Shown here: one piece after another, positions 48,199 through 61,070 of the stretch
Position numbering within the stretch: the first letter of the stretch is position 1
Layout: each line of letters starts with the position of its first letter
Source of the DNA: Mobula hypostoma
Taxonomy: Eukaryota
Direction: 5' to 3'
DNA length: 64,000 bases
NCBI RefSeq assembly: GCF_963921235.1
Contig: NC_086123.1
Coordinates: 4,650,001 to 4,714,000 of the forward strand
Position numbers and translations under genes: made by a program
The notes under the pieces: model-generated
The model's database searches: none
Told to the model about the DNA's origin: nothing
What the model saw: the letters and a program-made list of their open reading frames with translations, nothing else

Positions 48199-48351
48199 CA
48201 GAAACAAGTTTGATGCCCCCAGCAGATAGTGATGGAGAAAGTGATATCTCTGACCGTGTACCTGTACCCAGTTTTCAGAATACTTTCAGCCAGGCCATGG
48301 AGGCAGCCTTCCTCAAGCTTGATAAAGTTCCAGTTCTAGAGGCTTGTGCAG
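48199..48351 (+). CDS. RNF10: RNF10 exon 16 (alternative NAGNAG start at 48202)
   Basis: [43 protein letters not shown]. Confidence 0.96.
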
Positions 48352-49112
48352 GTAGGGGAGTAAATTGCAAAACCATCATTTGAAAGGAAAGGAAAATGGA
48401 AGTCTGACGCTAAACATAATATTGAGTCTAATTTGATTGTTACACATGCTATTTAATGCTAACGTTAAGATTGTGCTAAAGCTTTCGGTGGAATAGTTTT
48501 TCCCCTAGTTGTGTTCTGCGCATTTGATTCAAGCGGGTTTTCTATGCCTTAAGCTGCCACAAGTGTTGCATTATGTCTAACACAGTCATTCTTATTGGTG
48601 GAGAGGTTTGCAGAACAAGGCAACATCAAATGTTAGTGACAACACAAAGATCAATGATGTGAAAGAATTTTACTACACAACCAAGAGGTTAGGGTGTAGA
48701 ACACCCTGCCATGGTGGTAAATTGAGTTGTAAAATTCAAGTAGCAATAGGATGAATAGTTGAAAAGAGTTGTCAGAGTTGCGGAGAAAGGACGGGAGTAA
48801 GACCAGTTGCGTTGGTCTAGGAACTGATTTTGGACATGGCACTGTCAATGACCTCCTTTCCTGCTGTAACTCTTCTGTGATCGTGTAGTTTCACAGGATT
48901 CTGACCTCTGTGTACTTTGTCAATTTTTTTTGGTGAGGTACTGAAACAACTTGTAATTTCTGTTTCTAATAGTCAACATCCTGAATAGCACTTTGAGTGT
49001 TTCATCTACAAATCTAGTATTTTGCAAAATGCAGTAGAAACAGTGGTGCCACTGATTCAATGAAAATTTTAATTTTAATTTTTTTCTAAATTTGTGCTCT
49101 CTATTTTTGCAG

Positions 49113-49186
49113 ATGAGAAGAATGGGAAGAAGAAGAAGAAAAAGCAGAAGCTTCTTTTCAGCACTTCAGTAGTTCATACAAAGTAA
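49113..49186 (+). CDS. RNF10: RNF10 exon 17 (last coding exon)
   Basis: DEKNGKKKKKKQKLLFSTSVVHTK*, matching the conserved RNF10 C-terminus. Confidence 0.97.
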
Positions 49187-49957
49187 TGTAGACACCTGCC
49201 CCATTTTACCCATCCCAGTGCCACAGACAGCCACTACCTATATTTACATCAGCCACTGCCTGGGTGAGAGTTTTTGTTTTTAATTTGCTGCTGTAGTTTC
49301 AGACACCCAACCTTGGTTGTTTTTTTTTTGGTTGTACTTCAAATCTGTAACAGATTAGTGAAAGCATTTGTTTGAGTGGTTTGTAAAATGAAAAATTATC
49401 CTGTTTATAATGTACACAAATTTATTACAGTTGTGGAATGAATGCCATTTCCAATTCATACAGTCAAATTGTCTGGGGAAAGTTTTGTAAACTTAAGAAA
49501 ATTAAAACCCAACTTTAATCTTCTATAATGTGTGAAGTTTCACTAGAGAATGAAACTATTTCATGGCATTGTTACCCTTTCCAAGAAGTAGCCATTCTAT
49601 AAATATTTGGCATGTGCTCTTTTAACATTTTACAAAATTAGTCAGTGGTGTTGAAGCCCCTTTTGCCCATAAGCGACAGTACTGCAGTTTTATAAAGTAT
49701 TCCTCCATTCTTTTCAAAGTACACCTACTCATTAGTATTCAGGTATTGAATTAGGAGTAATGAATTCCTCATCCCACCTTATTCTGTTGCGGTGGTAAAA
49801 TGTAAAGGCTGGAATTTCCCTTTTGCTTTTGAAGATTTTAATTTGAAAAGCGGTGTATTGTTTTAAGAAAGTGGATGCAAGGCGTCTAATGAAGTGTTGT
49901 GGTTGGATTTATTACTACTTTCACTTTCCTTTAATGCAACAGCAAAGTAACTGAAAC

Positions 49958-49963
49958 AATAAA
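49958..49963 (+). terminator. Candidate RNF10 polyadenylation signal
   Basis: AATAAA about 770 nt after the stop, followed by a GT-rich element (gttgttgatttgtct). Confidence 0.6.
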
Positions 49964-52900
49964 AAAATATTGTTCACAATGTTGTTGATTTGTCTTAAAC
50001 TATAAAAGGGAAACTTTGGTTAAATGGCTGTACATGGTGCTCCTACAAGGAGATGGGATTAAAATTTACTACCACCAATTGTCAGAAAGTTTCTCCCCAG
50101 CATGATTGGGTAATGGAATTCTAATGTACTGTGCAATAGAAATGAAAATTACTTGGATTTAGTGCTATTCTTCAACACCTGAGCAGTAAGACCAACAACA
50201 TCACTAGTAAATTAAGGCCAAATGTTTGCTTTGACTTTTTAAACTAGATGTGCTTCTACCATAGTGGATCATTGGTAAGCTATGCAAAATTGCAACAGTA
50301 GGTCAATCTTAGACTTGTTTAATACATCAACAAAATTTCTCTACACTTCATCTTGTCCATGAACAACCAACTCAGGTTTAGTGAAAATTATCCCATGAAT
50401 TAAGAACTTCCAGGTTTAAATAGATATATACAGTGTTACTACCAAAGATGAATATAGTAAAAACTGCGATCTTAATTGTTTGGAAATCCTGTTAGCACCT
50501 GACTGTGAGACATTGGGGCTGATTCCATGCTTCCTTTTCACAGGAAAATTGTACCACGTTTGTCGGTGTGCTAGTAGAAGTGATGTCAAATAATTCAGGA
50601 AATCTGCCAAGCAGCAACAAAACCCTGAGTGCGCCAGATTATTGGGAGTGTGTTTTTAAAAACAGAACGGTTGCAGCTGATATAAGTCCAAGTCCAGTTG
50701 CCTGAATATTGTGTACAGTGAGCTTATACAATGCAAATAGAAAAAATGGATTGAAAAATACCCTAAAGAGTGGCTCAGTAAAGCTGCTGCCTCACAGTTA
50801 CGGTGATCTGGGTTTAATCCTGACTTGTGTAGAGTTTATACTGTATGTGGCCATGTGGGTTTATTCCCAGTACCCTCCCACCATGTGAGACATGCATGTA
50901 GATGATTTAACTGGGCACTATAAATTGCTTCTAATGTTTAGTTGAGTATTAGAATGTGGTTGATGGGGTGGGTGGCATTGATGGCATTGCAGGGGAAAAT
51001 TGGTGGAGAATAGTGGTACTCTGAACTGGCAGAGACTCAATGGGGCATTCTAAAGGTAGTACTGCATTTTGGTGTCATTAGATCTGCTTCTTGGCACTGG
51101 GCGTGAAGAGATTTATTTTCTCACCCCTCCCCCATTTACAGCACAGTGCAGAAGTGTATGCAAACAGAAATTTGCACATTACGGTTCAGTAAACACAAGC
51201 ATTACATTTTAGAACATAGAATATTACAGCACAGTGAAGGCCCTTCAGTGCCCGATGTTGTGCTGATCTTTTGACCTACCTTAAGATCAATCTGACCTCT
51301 CTTACATAGCCCTCTATTTTTCTGTCATCCATCAGCTCATCTAAGAGCTTCTTAAATGCCCCTGATGTATCTGTCTTTACCACCATCCCTGCCAGGATGC
51401 TCCACACACCTCCCGAGGGGGGTTGGAATATTACCTCTGATACCCTCTATACTTTCCTCCAATCACTTTAAAATTATGCTCCCTTGTATTAGCTATTTCT
51501 GCCTGTTATTATTTTGTACGAACACTCATTTATGTAGCATCCACCAGATTATTTTCGATGCAATTTTTGCTGATGCCTTCAATTCACTAATTTTACTGTA
51601 CAGCTTTAGAATGTGGGAGGAAACCACAGCACCCGGAGGCGAGCCATGCAGTCATAGGGTGAACATGCAAACTCCTTAGACTAGCAGGTATTTAACAGAT
51701 CTTACTGCCGGCACTGTAAAACAATTGTGCTAACTGCCACCCCACCCCGCAGTATATATGGACATTGAGGTTGTTCTAGCACTTTTGACACTGGTGAAAT
51801 AGTTAGGCAAAGATACCAGAGGAGGTGAGAAGACCTTAAAGGGGTAATGTCATTATATAAACAATCTTTCCTACAGCATATGGATGCCAATTCCCTGTTC
51901 ACAAATAAAATTACATTAGAGGAAAATACACAAGTAGACTGTTATTCCACAGCTGATACTGGGAGGAGTACATGGGAAGTAAAAGGAAAAGTTTGGCTTT
52001 AAGTAGCAAACGATGGCATTGAGACTGAAGAGTTGTGGAGAAGCTGTAGCCCTAAAATGATGTCAAGCTGAAGGTGATGCAATTAGAGAAGGAAGCTTGT
52101 TACCCTGAAAGGGTTTTTAAGGTGATAAACAGGAGCATGATTCCATTCCTGGTCTGAGGTCGAAAGATTAAAGAAAATGGGGATGGTGGCTTAATGATTA
52201 AAGTTTCTGAACTAAATGCAAAGATAAGAGTTGAAATCTTATCTTGGCAGCTGGGGAATTAAATATTTAGTCTAAGTGATAATAATATTATGGGCCTGTT
52301 ATAAAACCCATCTAGTTCACTTTAAGGAAAGAAAACTTAAAATCTTTAGTTGAACTATGTCTACAGTTCAATAGCAACACAGTTGATTCTTAACCAACTG
52401 ATTAAATTGCTCAATCATCCTTCCAGTTCAATCAAGCTGCTACAGGAGACCTGAAGAACTTGATTAAGGAACAAAAAGCGGATGCAGTCTGATGCAGCAA
52501 AACTTGTAATCCTGCCCATTTTGTCCACTCATTATTTTATACAGCTGGCGCTTCTGTTAAAGGAGCAGTCTCACAGTGGAGTTGTGCAACAGGCTAAGCT
52601 GTACTGATTTCATACCTTTCAGTACCATCCCAAGACTCTACCACAATTCCTAATAAGAATCACCAGATACTACATGTTGTTCTGCAACACTGGGGGGAAA
52701 ATAAGATTCACTACTGTACAGGAAGAAAATGACTCAGAACTAAAACACAGATTAAGAGTGGTTAAGTAAGGGATTGAAGAGACAAAGGAAGAAAGTAGTA
52801 TATCACCAAGACTTTAATTGCACAATAATTTAAATCCCACTAGTTACTAGTAACTAAGGGATTAGCAAATTCAGGAAAAGCCAGTATACTCTAGGTGCAT

Positions 52901-53529
52901 TCCATTAGCAGCAATATCAACTTTAAGAATCAATGATAGTAAACTCATTCTCTGCTCCACAGAATCCCACAACGTGGGTTTCTTGCTATAACCCCAGCAA
53001 ATAAATAACTTTGACATACCACGGTAAAACTTTCCATTTCTGTTTTGTCATCATCAGGAAGTTCAAGAAGCCAATGATCTGCATTCATTCCATCAGCAAC
53101 AGTTGACCACAACTAGGTTTTCATGTTCCTGAGTGGAGGTGGGCTAAGTAATGTGTGACAACAGTAAGGCAATGCATTAGCCATAGCCATAGCAACCAAA
53201 GGCTAATATAAAAATTTGAATACTTTATGTCACCTTGCATCACCCATTAAATGCTAGTAACTGCTGAACTGGCTTGAGAATTTTGAATTTGCCCTTTTTA
53301 AACATCAGCCAGTACAATTTTAAGTGATTAGATGTACTTTGACAATGCATGGTAGTAAAGTTGGTAAGCTGTCTTTCAGTCTGTTCACAAAGTATCCGTG
53401 TACTAGCTGTACAGATGTAATCTTCATGGGTTTGGTTTGCAAGATGCTAAAAACCTTGATACTGCCAGACATCTGTAGGGAAGCGGTCCACAATGCAGGT
53501 CTTCACTATTATTCAGATTTGAAAATAAC

Positions 53530-53639
53530 TTAATCAGTATCTGTTTCTTCCACTTCCTCACCTACATCGTATGACTGATCTTCATCCGATACTTTTAGTG
53601 AACAATGCAGAAGAGATCTTCGAACAGATTCTCTCTCCT
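53530..53639 (-). CDS. POP5: POP5 (RNase P/MRP subunit) exon 5
   Basis: KERESVRRSLLHCSLKVSDEDQSYDVGEEVEETDTD*, an acidic tail; ttttag acceptor. Confidence 0.9.
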
Positions 53640-53861
53640 CTAAAATGAAGAAAAATAATTAGTGCCTGTCTGAAAGGCCCAAAAATACATTAGCTTAAAC
53701 CTTTGTATCATCATCCATTTGTTCCAAAAGTATGATAAAATCTTACAGCCTAGTCTTGTATGTTTCCACCTAAAGATATTCCTGTACTGGAGTACAGGTT
53801 TCCCTAACGTGCCCAGGGCAGTACAATTGAGTCTAGAAGCACAAAAACTGAATCCAGGTAG

Positions 53862-54929
53862 TGCTCTGCTGGGGGAGAAGCTGACAGTGATGCAGGTGGA
53901 TGCTCTCCTGGTGTCATGGATTATTGATTACCTGACTGGCAGACCACAGTACGTGTGCTTGCAACACTGTGTGTCTGACAGAGTGATCAGCAGCACTGGG
54001 GCTCCACAGGGGACTGTCTTGTCTCCCTTTCTCTTCACCATTTACACCTCAGACTTCAACTACTGCACAGAGTCTTGTCATCTTCAGAAGTTTTCTGATG
54101 ACTCTGCCATAGTTGGATGCATCAGCAAGGGAGATGAGGCTGAGTACAGAGCTACGGTAGGAAACTTTGTCACATGGTGTGAGCAGAATTATCTGCAGCT
54201 TAATGTGACTAAGGAGCTGGTGGTAGACCTGAGGAGAGCTAAGGTACCGGTGACTCCTGTTTCCATCCAGGGGGTCAGTGTGGACATGGTGGAGAATTAC
54301 AAATACCTAGGGATACGAATTGACAATAAACTGGACTGGTCAAAGAACACTGAGGCTGTCTACAAGAAGGGACAGAGCCGTCTCTATTTCCTGAGGAGAC
54401 TGAGATCCTTTAACATCTGCCAGACGATGCTGAGGATGTTCTACGAGTCTGTGGTGGCCAGTGCGATCATGTTTGCTGTTGTGTGCTGGGGCAGCAGGCT
54501 GAGGGTAGCAGACACCAACAGAATAAACAAACTCATTCGTAAGGTCAGTGATGTGGGGATGGAACTGGACTCTCTGACGGTGGTGTCTGAAAAGAGGATG
54601 CTGTCCAAGTTGCATGCCATCTTGGACAATGTCTCCCAGAATGTACTGGTTGGGCACAGGAGTACATTCAGCCAGAGACTCATTCCACCTAGATACAACA
54701 CGGAGCGTCATAGGAAGTCATTCCTGCCTGTGGCCATCAAACTTTACAACTCCTCCCTTGGAGGGTCAGACACCCTGAGCCAATAGGCTGGTCCTGGACT
54801 TATTTCCTGGCATAATTTACATATTACTATTTAACTCTTTATGGTTTTATTATTATTTAATTATTTATGGTGCAACTGTAACGAAAACCAATTTCCCCCA
54901 GGATCAATAAAGTATGACTATGACTATGA
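53862..54929 (+). mobile_element. Young 5'-truncated Rex1/Babar LINE with an uninterrupted RT C-terminal ORF
   Basis: GAPQGTVLSPFLFTIYT, KFSDDS, YKYLG, LYFLRRL; open to 54786; tail AATAAAG(TATGAC)n. Confidence 0.95.
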
Positions 54930-55119
54930 TTTTGATCTGTTTAATTAGAGGAAAGTCTAACCTTACCCTCAATGCTTCAGGAACCCTGACCAATTTCTTA
55001 ACACTGATGCTCATATTCAAATTATTGGAGATTTGCTTTCTCTTTGTGCTGGTCTAGTATAACTGATGCTAGAATATAACCTACAAAGAACATTCCAGAC
55101 ATCTCAAATTTTTACTTAC

Positions 55120-55203
55120 TTTTGGTTTTACAGTCTCTGAGGAGCAGCAGCAACTGCCTGCGATTATACTGGATCAGGAACTTCTGGCAGCTTCGAATTG
55201 TAC
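55120..55203 (-). CDS. POP5: POP5 exon 4
   Basis: GTIRSCQKFLIQYNRRQLLLLLRDCKTK; GTAAGT donor. Confidence 0.96.
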
Positions 55204-56124
55204 CTTGAATTTAAAAAAAAATCATTGTTATTACTGTTGTGTAAAAGTTAATGTGTGAAACTCAAGGGTGGAATTGATTACATACATATATACAAGTACA
55301 TTTGTCTTTGATTAATTGTTGAAAGTTCAATGTTTGATAAACTTTCTAGGTTGGTTAGGGCACAATATTGTATTCAATGCATGGAATCTATAAATGATTA
55401 TAATCTCAAGGGGTTGAAGCTGGGTTCTAAATATGCCTGCTTTATATTCAGATAGTCGGCATGAAAGTGATGGGGGCTTAAATTTCCATGATGCAGCCAG
55501 AAACACCCGCAATTATGGAGCACAAGAGTTATGGATCCCTTAAATATCTTAAAATCAAATATATACAACTATAATTACAACAATAACTCCGTCAGAACTC
55601 AGACCAGCAACAACTAAAAATGGGAATTAAATAAATAAATAGACCATCTATTTTAAGTATTGGTGGAAGGATAAATATTAGCCAGAATCCGAACTCTTAG
55701 TCTCCCTTTTAAGAAAAAAAACCATGAAAACACAATTTCATTTTCTACCCAAAGGGACGTATTAACTTGTTTTAACTCTGCATTCTTCTTTCCCCTCACC
55801 TCCCTTCAAAGTTCAAACAGTCTAGTTCTTCCTGAGTGATGGGGCCTATTCAGATCACGAGTTTAAACCGACAACTTTCTCATGCAGGGAGGTAGGTGTA
55901 ACCAAGACTAAAGTGGAGTCGAAAAGACTGTTTTCTTCATTTTTCCCCAAAACAAATTGCATGTTAGGATACACAAGCACCTGGTCACAAAAGGCTGTTG
56001 AAACTAACTGACAATTGAGAGTAAATCGGGATTAGAGTAGGTAAACAAGTTGGAGAAGTTGGCAACGTGTATATCTCCACAGGCTTCAATGACAAAATCG
56101 ACATCAGAATTTACAACGTTTTAC

Positions 56125-56274
56125 CTGCCACGTGTAACGTGTTAAAAAAACAATGGAACTTTTGGTTCTTGTTCTCCAGAAAGGTGATAAACATCAGCGC
56201 TGTCGACAGCATTCTGTAGAAGTCTTTTTGACACCTTAGTAAGACTATCCCTGTGTAGGCATTTAGGTATGTGA
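56125..56274 (-). CDS. POP5: POP5 exon 3
   Basis: VTYLNAYTGIVLLRCQKDFYRMLSTALMFITFLENKNQKFHCFFNTLHVA. Confidence 0.97.
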
Positions 56275-57112
56275 CTGGGAGAAGTGAAACAAAAAAATTA
56301 AATTGTCAAAGTACAGCAATGATGTAAGTTTATCTTTTAGATATTTTCTCCCTCCAAGGTTCAAGGAAGAACAATTAGAAGGAATAATCTGCAAAATATA
56401 TACAACTAATTACACATTAAATTTGCATGTGAAAATCTAGCTGGAACATTGTTCTCAAAAAGGCTGAAAAACAAATCTATAAGGTTGTGATTTTTAATTG
56501 GTAAATAGTATTAGAGCTCATGGAGGAAGCTATTTAGCCCAGATGGCACTCTGGAAAAAGCTTATTTGTCCCACAGCCTTGCCCTGTCTTTATAGCCTTG
56601 CAATTTTTATTCTACTTTCAAAATATATAGAATTCCCATTTTGAAAATTGCTTTACATTGAAAAATGCATTTGAGATTACAATAATTTGCTGTGATAAAA
56701 TGTTATCACCTCCTTTAAGTGTCCTTCAATTACAGCCTTCTGACTGGTGGAAACTTACTCATCATTGATTTTTGTCTTAATACTTCAAAATTTAGAGCCT
56801 CCCAATTAATCTTCGGCTCAACCTTTGCTCCAAGAAAACAATCTCAGCTCTATTAGTCTCTCCATATGAGTGAAATATCTACCCCTAGAAAAACAAAATG
56901 TCCAACTGGACACATTAAGAATAAGTTTGCAAAAGTATGAGGATGGAACTTGGCCAAACGACAACCTGAAACTAATGGCAATGACATAATAACCAAGAAT
57001 GAGCTCCACTCCCGTTTCACCAGCCTGCATTTGACAAGAGTTAAGTACAAAACTGAATAACTGTAAACACATTCATCAATCTGTTAACTCTTTGATTAAC
57101 TCCTTGCTTTTT

Positions 57113-57660
57113 AACACAGAACATAGAATAGTACAGCACAGTACAGGCTCTTCGGCCCACAATGTTGTGCTGACCCTTAAGCCCTGCCTCCCATATAACC
57201 CCCCCACCTTAAATTCCTCCATATACCTGTCTAGTAGTCTCTTAAACTTCACTAGTGTATCTCCTCCACCACTGACTCAGGCAGTGCATTCCACGCACCA
57301 ACCACTCTCTGAGTAAAAAACCTTCCTCTAATATCCCCCTTGAACTTCCCACCCCTTACCTTAAAGCCATGTCCTCTTGTATTGAGCAGTGGTGCCCTGG
57401 GGAAGAGGCGCTGGCTATCCACTCTGTCTATTCCTCTTATTATCTTGTACACCTCTATCATGTCTCCCCTTAACCTCCTCCTCTCCAAAGAGTAAAGCCC
57501 TAGCTCCCTTAATCTCTGATCATAATGCATACTGGTAAATCTCCACTGTACCCTTTCCAATGCTTCCACATCCTTCCTATAGTGAGGCGACCAGAACTGG
57601 ACACAGTACTCCAAGTGTGGCCTAACCAGAGTTTTATATAGCTGCATCATTACCTCACAA
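57113..57660 (-). mobile_element. Young CR1 3' fragment
   Basis: [24 protein letters not shown]...FFTQRVVGAWNALP. Confidence 0.92.
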
Positions 57661-57662
57661 CT

Positions 57663-57760
57663 CCCTGATGAAGGGTCTCGACCCAAAACGTCAACTGTAC
57701 CTCTTCCTAGAGATGCTGCCTGGCCTGCTGCGTTCACCAGTGATTTTTATGTGTGTTGCT
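57663..57760 (+). mobile_element. Penelope terminal-repeat fragment with a mutated hammerhead core
   Basis: CTGATGA-AGGGTCTCGACCC-AAAA-CGTC (GAAA mutated to AAAA). Confidence 0.8.
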
Positions 57761-60135
57761 GCCTGTAGCCTATTTTATCATGTCCCTCCAAGTACCCCGA
57801 GACCTCGTCCTTAATAATTGACTCCAGCATCTTCCCAACCACTGAGGTCATACTAGCTGGCCCATAGTTTTCTTGCTTCTGCATCTCTTCCTCTTGAAGA
57901 GTGGAATAAATTTTGCAGTTTTTCAGTCTTCCAGAACCATTCTAGAATCTAGTGATTCTTGAAAGATCATTACTAATGCCTCCACAATCTCCTCAGCCAC
58001 CTCTTTCAGAACCCTGGGGTGTACACCAACTGGTCCAGATGACTTAACTACCTTCAGACCTTTCAGTTTCCCCAAGAATCTTTTCTCTAGTAATGGTAAC
58101 TTCACACACTTCATGAACCCTGACACCTAGAACTTCACCATACTGCTAGTGTCTTCTAATAAAGAAGACTGATGCAGAATACTTATTTAGTTCATGTGCC
58201 ATTTTCTCATCCCCCATTACTACCTCTCCAACATCATTTTCCAGCAGTTCGATATCCACTCTCTCCTCTCTTTTGCACTTTATGTATCTGAAGAAACTTT
58301 TGGTATCCTCTTTCATGTTATTGGCTAGCTTACCTTCATAGTCTATCGTAATAACTTTTTTAGTTGCCTCTGTTGATTTTTAAAAGCTTCCTAATCCTCC
58401 AACTTCCCACTAATTTTTGCTCAATTATATGCCCTCTTTTTGGCTTTTATGTTGGCTTTGACTTCAATCGTTAGCCACTGTTGTGCCACCTTTCCTTTAG
58501 AATATTTCCTCCTCTTTGAGATGTATATATCCTGTGCCTTCCGAATTGTTTCCAGAAATTCCAGCCATTGCTGCTCTGCCGTCATCCCTGCCAGAGTTCT
58601 TTTCCAATCAGTTCTGGCCAACTCCTCTCTCATGCCTCTGTAATTCCCTTTACTCCACTGTAATACTGATACATCAGACTTTAGATTCTCCTCATATTTC
58701 AGGGTGAATTCGATCATATGATCACTTACCCCTAAGGGTTCTTTTACGTTAAGTTCTCTCATCAGTTCTGATTCATTGCACAACACTCAGAATAGCTGAT
58801 CCCCTAGTGGGCTTAACCATGAGCTGCTCTAAAAAGCCATCTTGTAGGCATTCTAGAAATTCTCCCTCCCGGAATCCAGCACCAACCGATTTTCCCAACC
58901 TATCCACATAATGAAATCCCCCATGACCATTGTAACATTGCCCTTTTGGCATGCATTTTCCATCTCCCATTGTAATTTGTAGACCGCATCCTTACTACTG
59001 TATACAAGGGTCTTTTCACCCTTGCAGTTCCTTAGTTCTATCCACAATGACTCAACACCTTCCAAACCTGTCACCTCTTTCTAATGATTTGATTTCACTT
59101 TTTAACCAATAGTGCAACGCCACCCCCTCAGCCTTCCTGCCTGTCCTTTCGATCCTTGGACACTAAGCTCCCAGCTAAAATCTTCTTTCAGCCATAATTC
59201 AGCAATGCCTACAACATCATACATGCCAATCTGCAACTGTGCTGCATATTTTTTCTACCTTATTCTGTATACTGCGTACATTCAAATATAACACATTCAG
59301 TCCCATACAGTATTCACCCTTTTCGATTTTGTCTGGGTTTTAGAAACATAGAAAATAGGTGCAGGAGTAGGCCATTCGGCCCTTCGAGCCTGCACCGCCA
59401 TTTATTATGATCATGGCTGATCATCCAACTCAGAACCCCGCCCCAGCCTTCCCTCCATACCCCCTGATCCCCGTAGCCACAAGGGCCATATCTAATTCCC
59501 TCTTAAACATAGCCAATGAACTGGCCTCAACAGTTTCCTGTGGCAGAGAATTCCACAGATTCACCACTCTCTGTGTGAAGAAGTTTTTCCTAATCTCTGT
59601 CCTAAAAGGCTTCCCCTCTATCCTCAAACTGTGACCCCTCGTTCTGGACTTCCCCAACATCGGGAACAATCTTCCTGCATCTAGCCTGTCCAATCCCTTT
59701 AGGATCTTATACGTTTCAATCAGATCCCCCCTCAATCTTCTAAATTCCAACGAGTACAAGCCCAGTTCATCCAGTCTTTCTTCATATGCAAGTCCTGCCA
59801 TCCCAGGAATCAATCTGGTGAACCTTCTTTGTACTCCCTCTATGGCAAAGATGTCTTTCCTCAGATTAGGGGATCAAAACTGCACACAATACTCCAGGTG
59901 TGGTCTCACCAAGGCCTTGTACAACTGCAGTAGTACCTCCCTGCTCCTGTACTCGAATCCTCTCGCTTTTAAGTTGCAACACATCCTGTTGACTGCAATT
60001 TTGCCCTATCAATAGCCTCTCCTCACTACACATTGCCTCTGTTTGTAATCCAGCTACGTCATCTTCAGTACTATCATCTACAATACTTCTTGCATTGAAA
60101 TACAGTATACACAGCTCAGGACACTAGTCGCATTG
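57761..60135 (-). mobile_element. CR1-type LINE (APE to start of RT), same family as 35055-38200, interrupted at 59341-59966
   Basis: ESLWIELRNCKG, VMGDF, PLGVSDH, LKGLKVVKSSGP on the minus strand. Confidence 0.9.
59341..59966 (-). mobile_element. Young CR1 3' fragment nested in an older CR1
   Basis: Open ORF MIPGMAGLAYEERLDELGLYSLEFRRLRGDLIE...; tail ctatgtttcta on the minus strand. Confidence 0.92.
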
Positions 60136-60483
60136 AAATCTATAGTGAAACCCAATACCTTTGATCTGTAATATCCTTGTCTTGGAGTGATCAGGACTGA
60201 GAACTGGCTAAATTTTTCTCTTTTCCCCAAGAGCAGAGGCAAACTGCAATGGTACTGCTGTAAAACCAGTTAAGGGAAAGTATCCCAGTATTCCACACAG
60301 GATCAAAACACAAGCCAAATACTGCATCAGGAATAAAAACAGCAAGGCTAAGCCACGATTATGGTGACAAAATCATTTGTGAGCAGAGAGAGATACGACT
60401 TGTTCAGTAAATTTAACATTAACAAATTAGACCAACGGATTGCATTTAACCGCTTTAATTAATGTGGACCTTTTGTTACCAAC

Positions 60484-60626
60484 CTTCCAGACGTAAGCTA
60501 CAACAGCCAATGCCAAAGTCACCATGTATTTGATTGATGGTGTTTCTTACATTTCGAATGATGCTTCGGATATCTAATTGCTGGCGATAGTGTGGTTTCT
60601 CAAACACTATCTCACACAGAAGGTAC
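60484..60626 (-). CDS. POP5: POP5 exon 2
   Basis: (R)YLLCEIVFEKPHYRQQLDIRSIIRNVRNTINQIHGDFGIGCCSLRLE. Confidence 0.96.
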
Positions 60627-60759
60627 CTGAATGAGAAATGCAACAGAATTGATTAGTATTTTCTCTGTACCATAATGAGAAAACTTTCCATGGCAGGTAA
60701 ACCAGTTCAAACTGTGCCTTCACCTCACCACTGCTACTGAAAGGTCATGTTCATATAGG

Positions 60760-61070
60760 GTTGGCACTATAGCGTTGTGGTTAATGCAAATGCCAATCTG
60801 TAAGATGGGGAGTTCGATTCCCGCTGCTGCCCAAAAGGAGTTTATATGTTCTCCCAGTGGCCTTGTGGGTTTTGCCTGGGTGCCCCGGTTTCCTCCCACA
60901 TCTCAACGATGTACGGGTTAGAATTAGTGAATTGAAGGCACGCCATGTTGGTGATGAAAGTGTGATGATTCTTGGTAGCTGCCCCCAGCACAATCCTCAC
61001 TGATTTGATTTGACGTAAAAGAAGCAATTCACACTATGTTTTGATGTAGATGTGACAAATTAAGCTAATC
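60760..61070 (+). mobile_element. tRNA-derived V-SINE-type element
   Basis: B-box-like GAGTTCGATTCCC and GGGTGCCCCGGTTTCCTCCCAC core. Confidence 0.8.

Noticed and set aside
51112-53529. POP5 polyadenylation site
   Set aside because: No clear minus-strand AATAAA close to the stop; candidates (TTTATT at 51112, TTTAAT near 52813) cannot be ranked from sequence alone
53719-53861. N-terminal part of the 355-aa ORF
   Set aside because: Chance open frame in intronic flank (TTG start) upstream of the truncated Rex/Babar RT; not evidence of a domesticated gene
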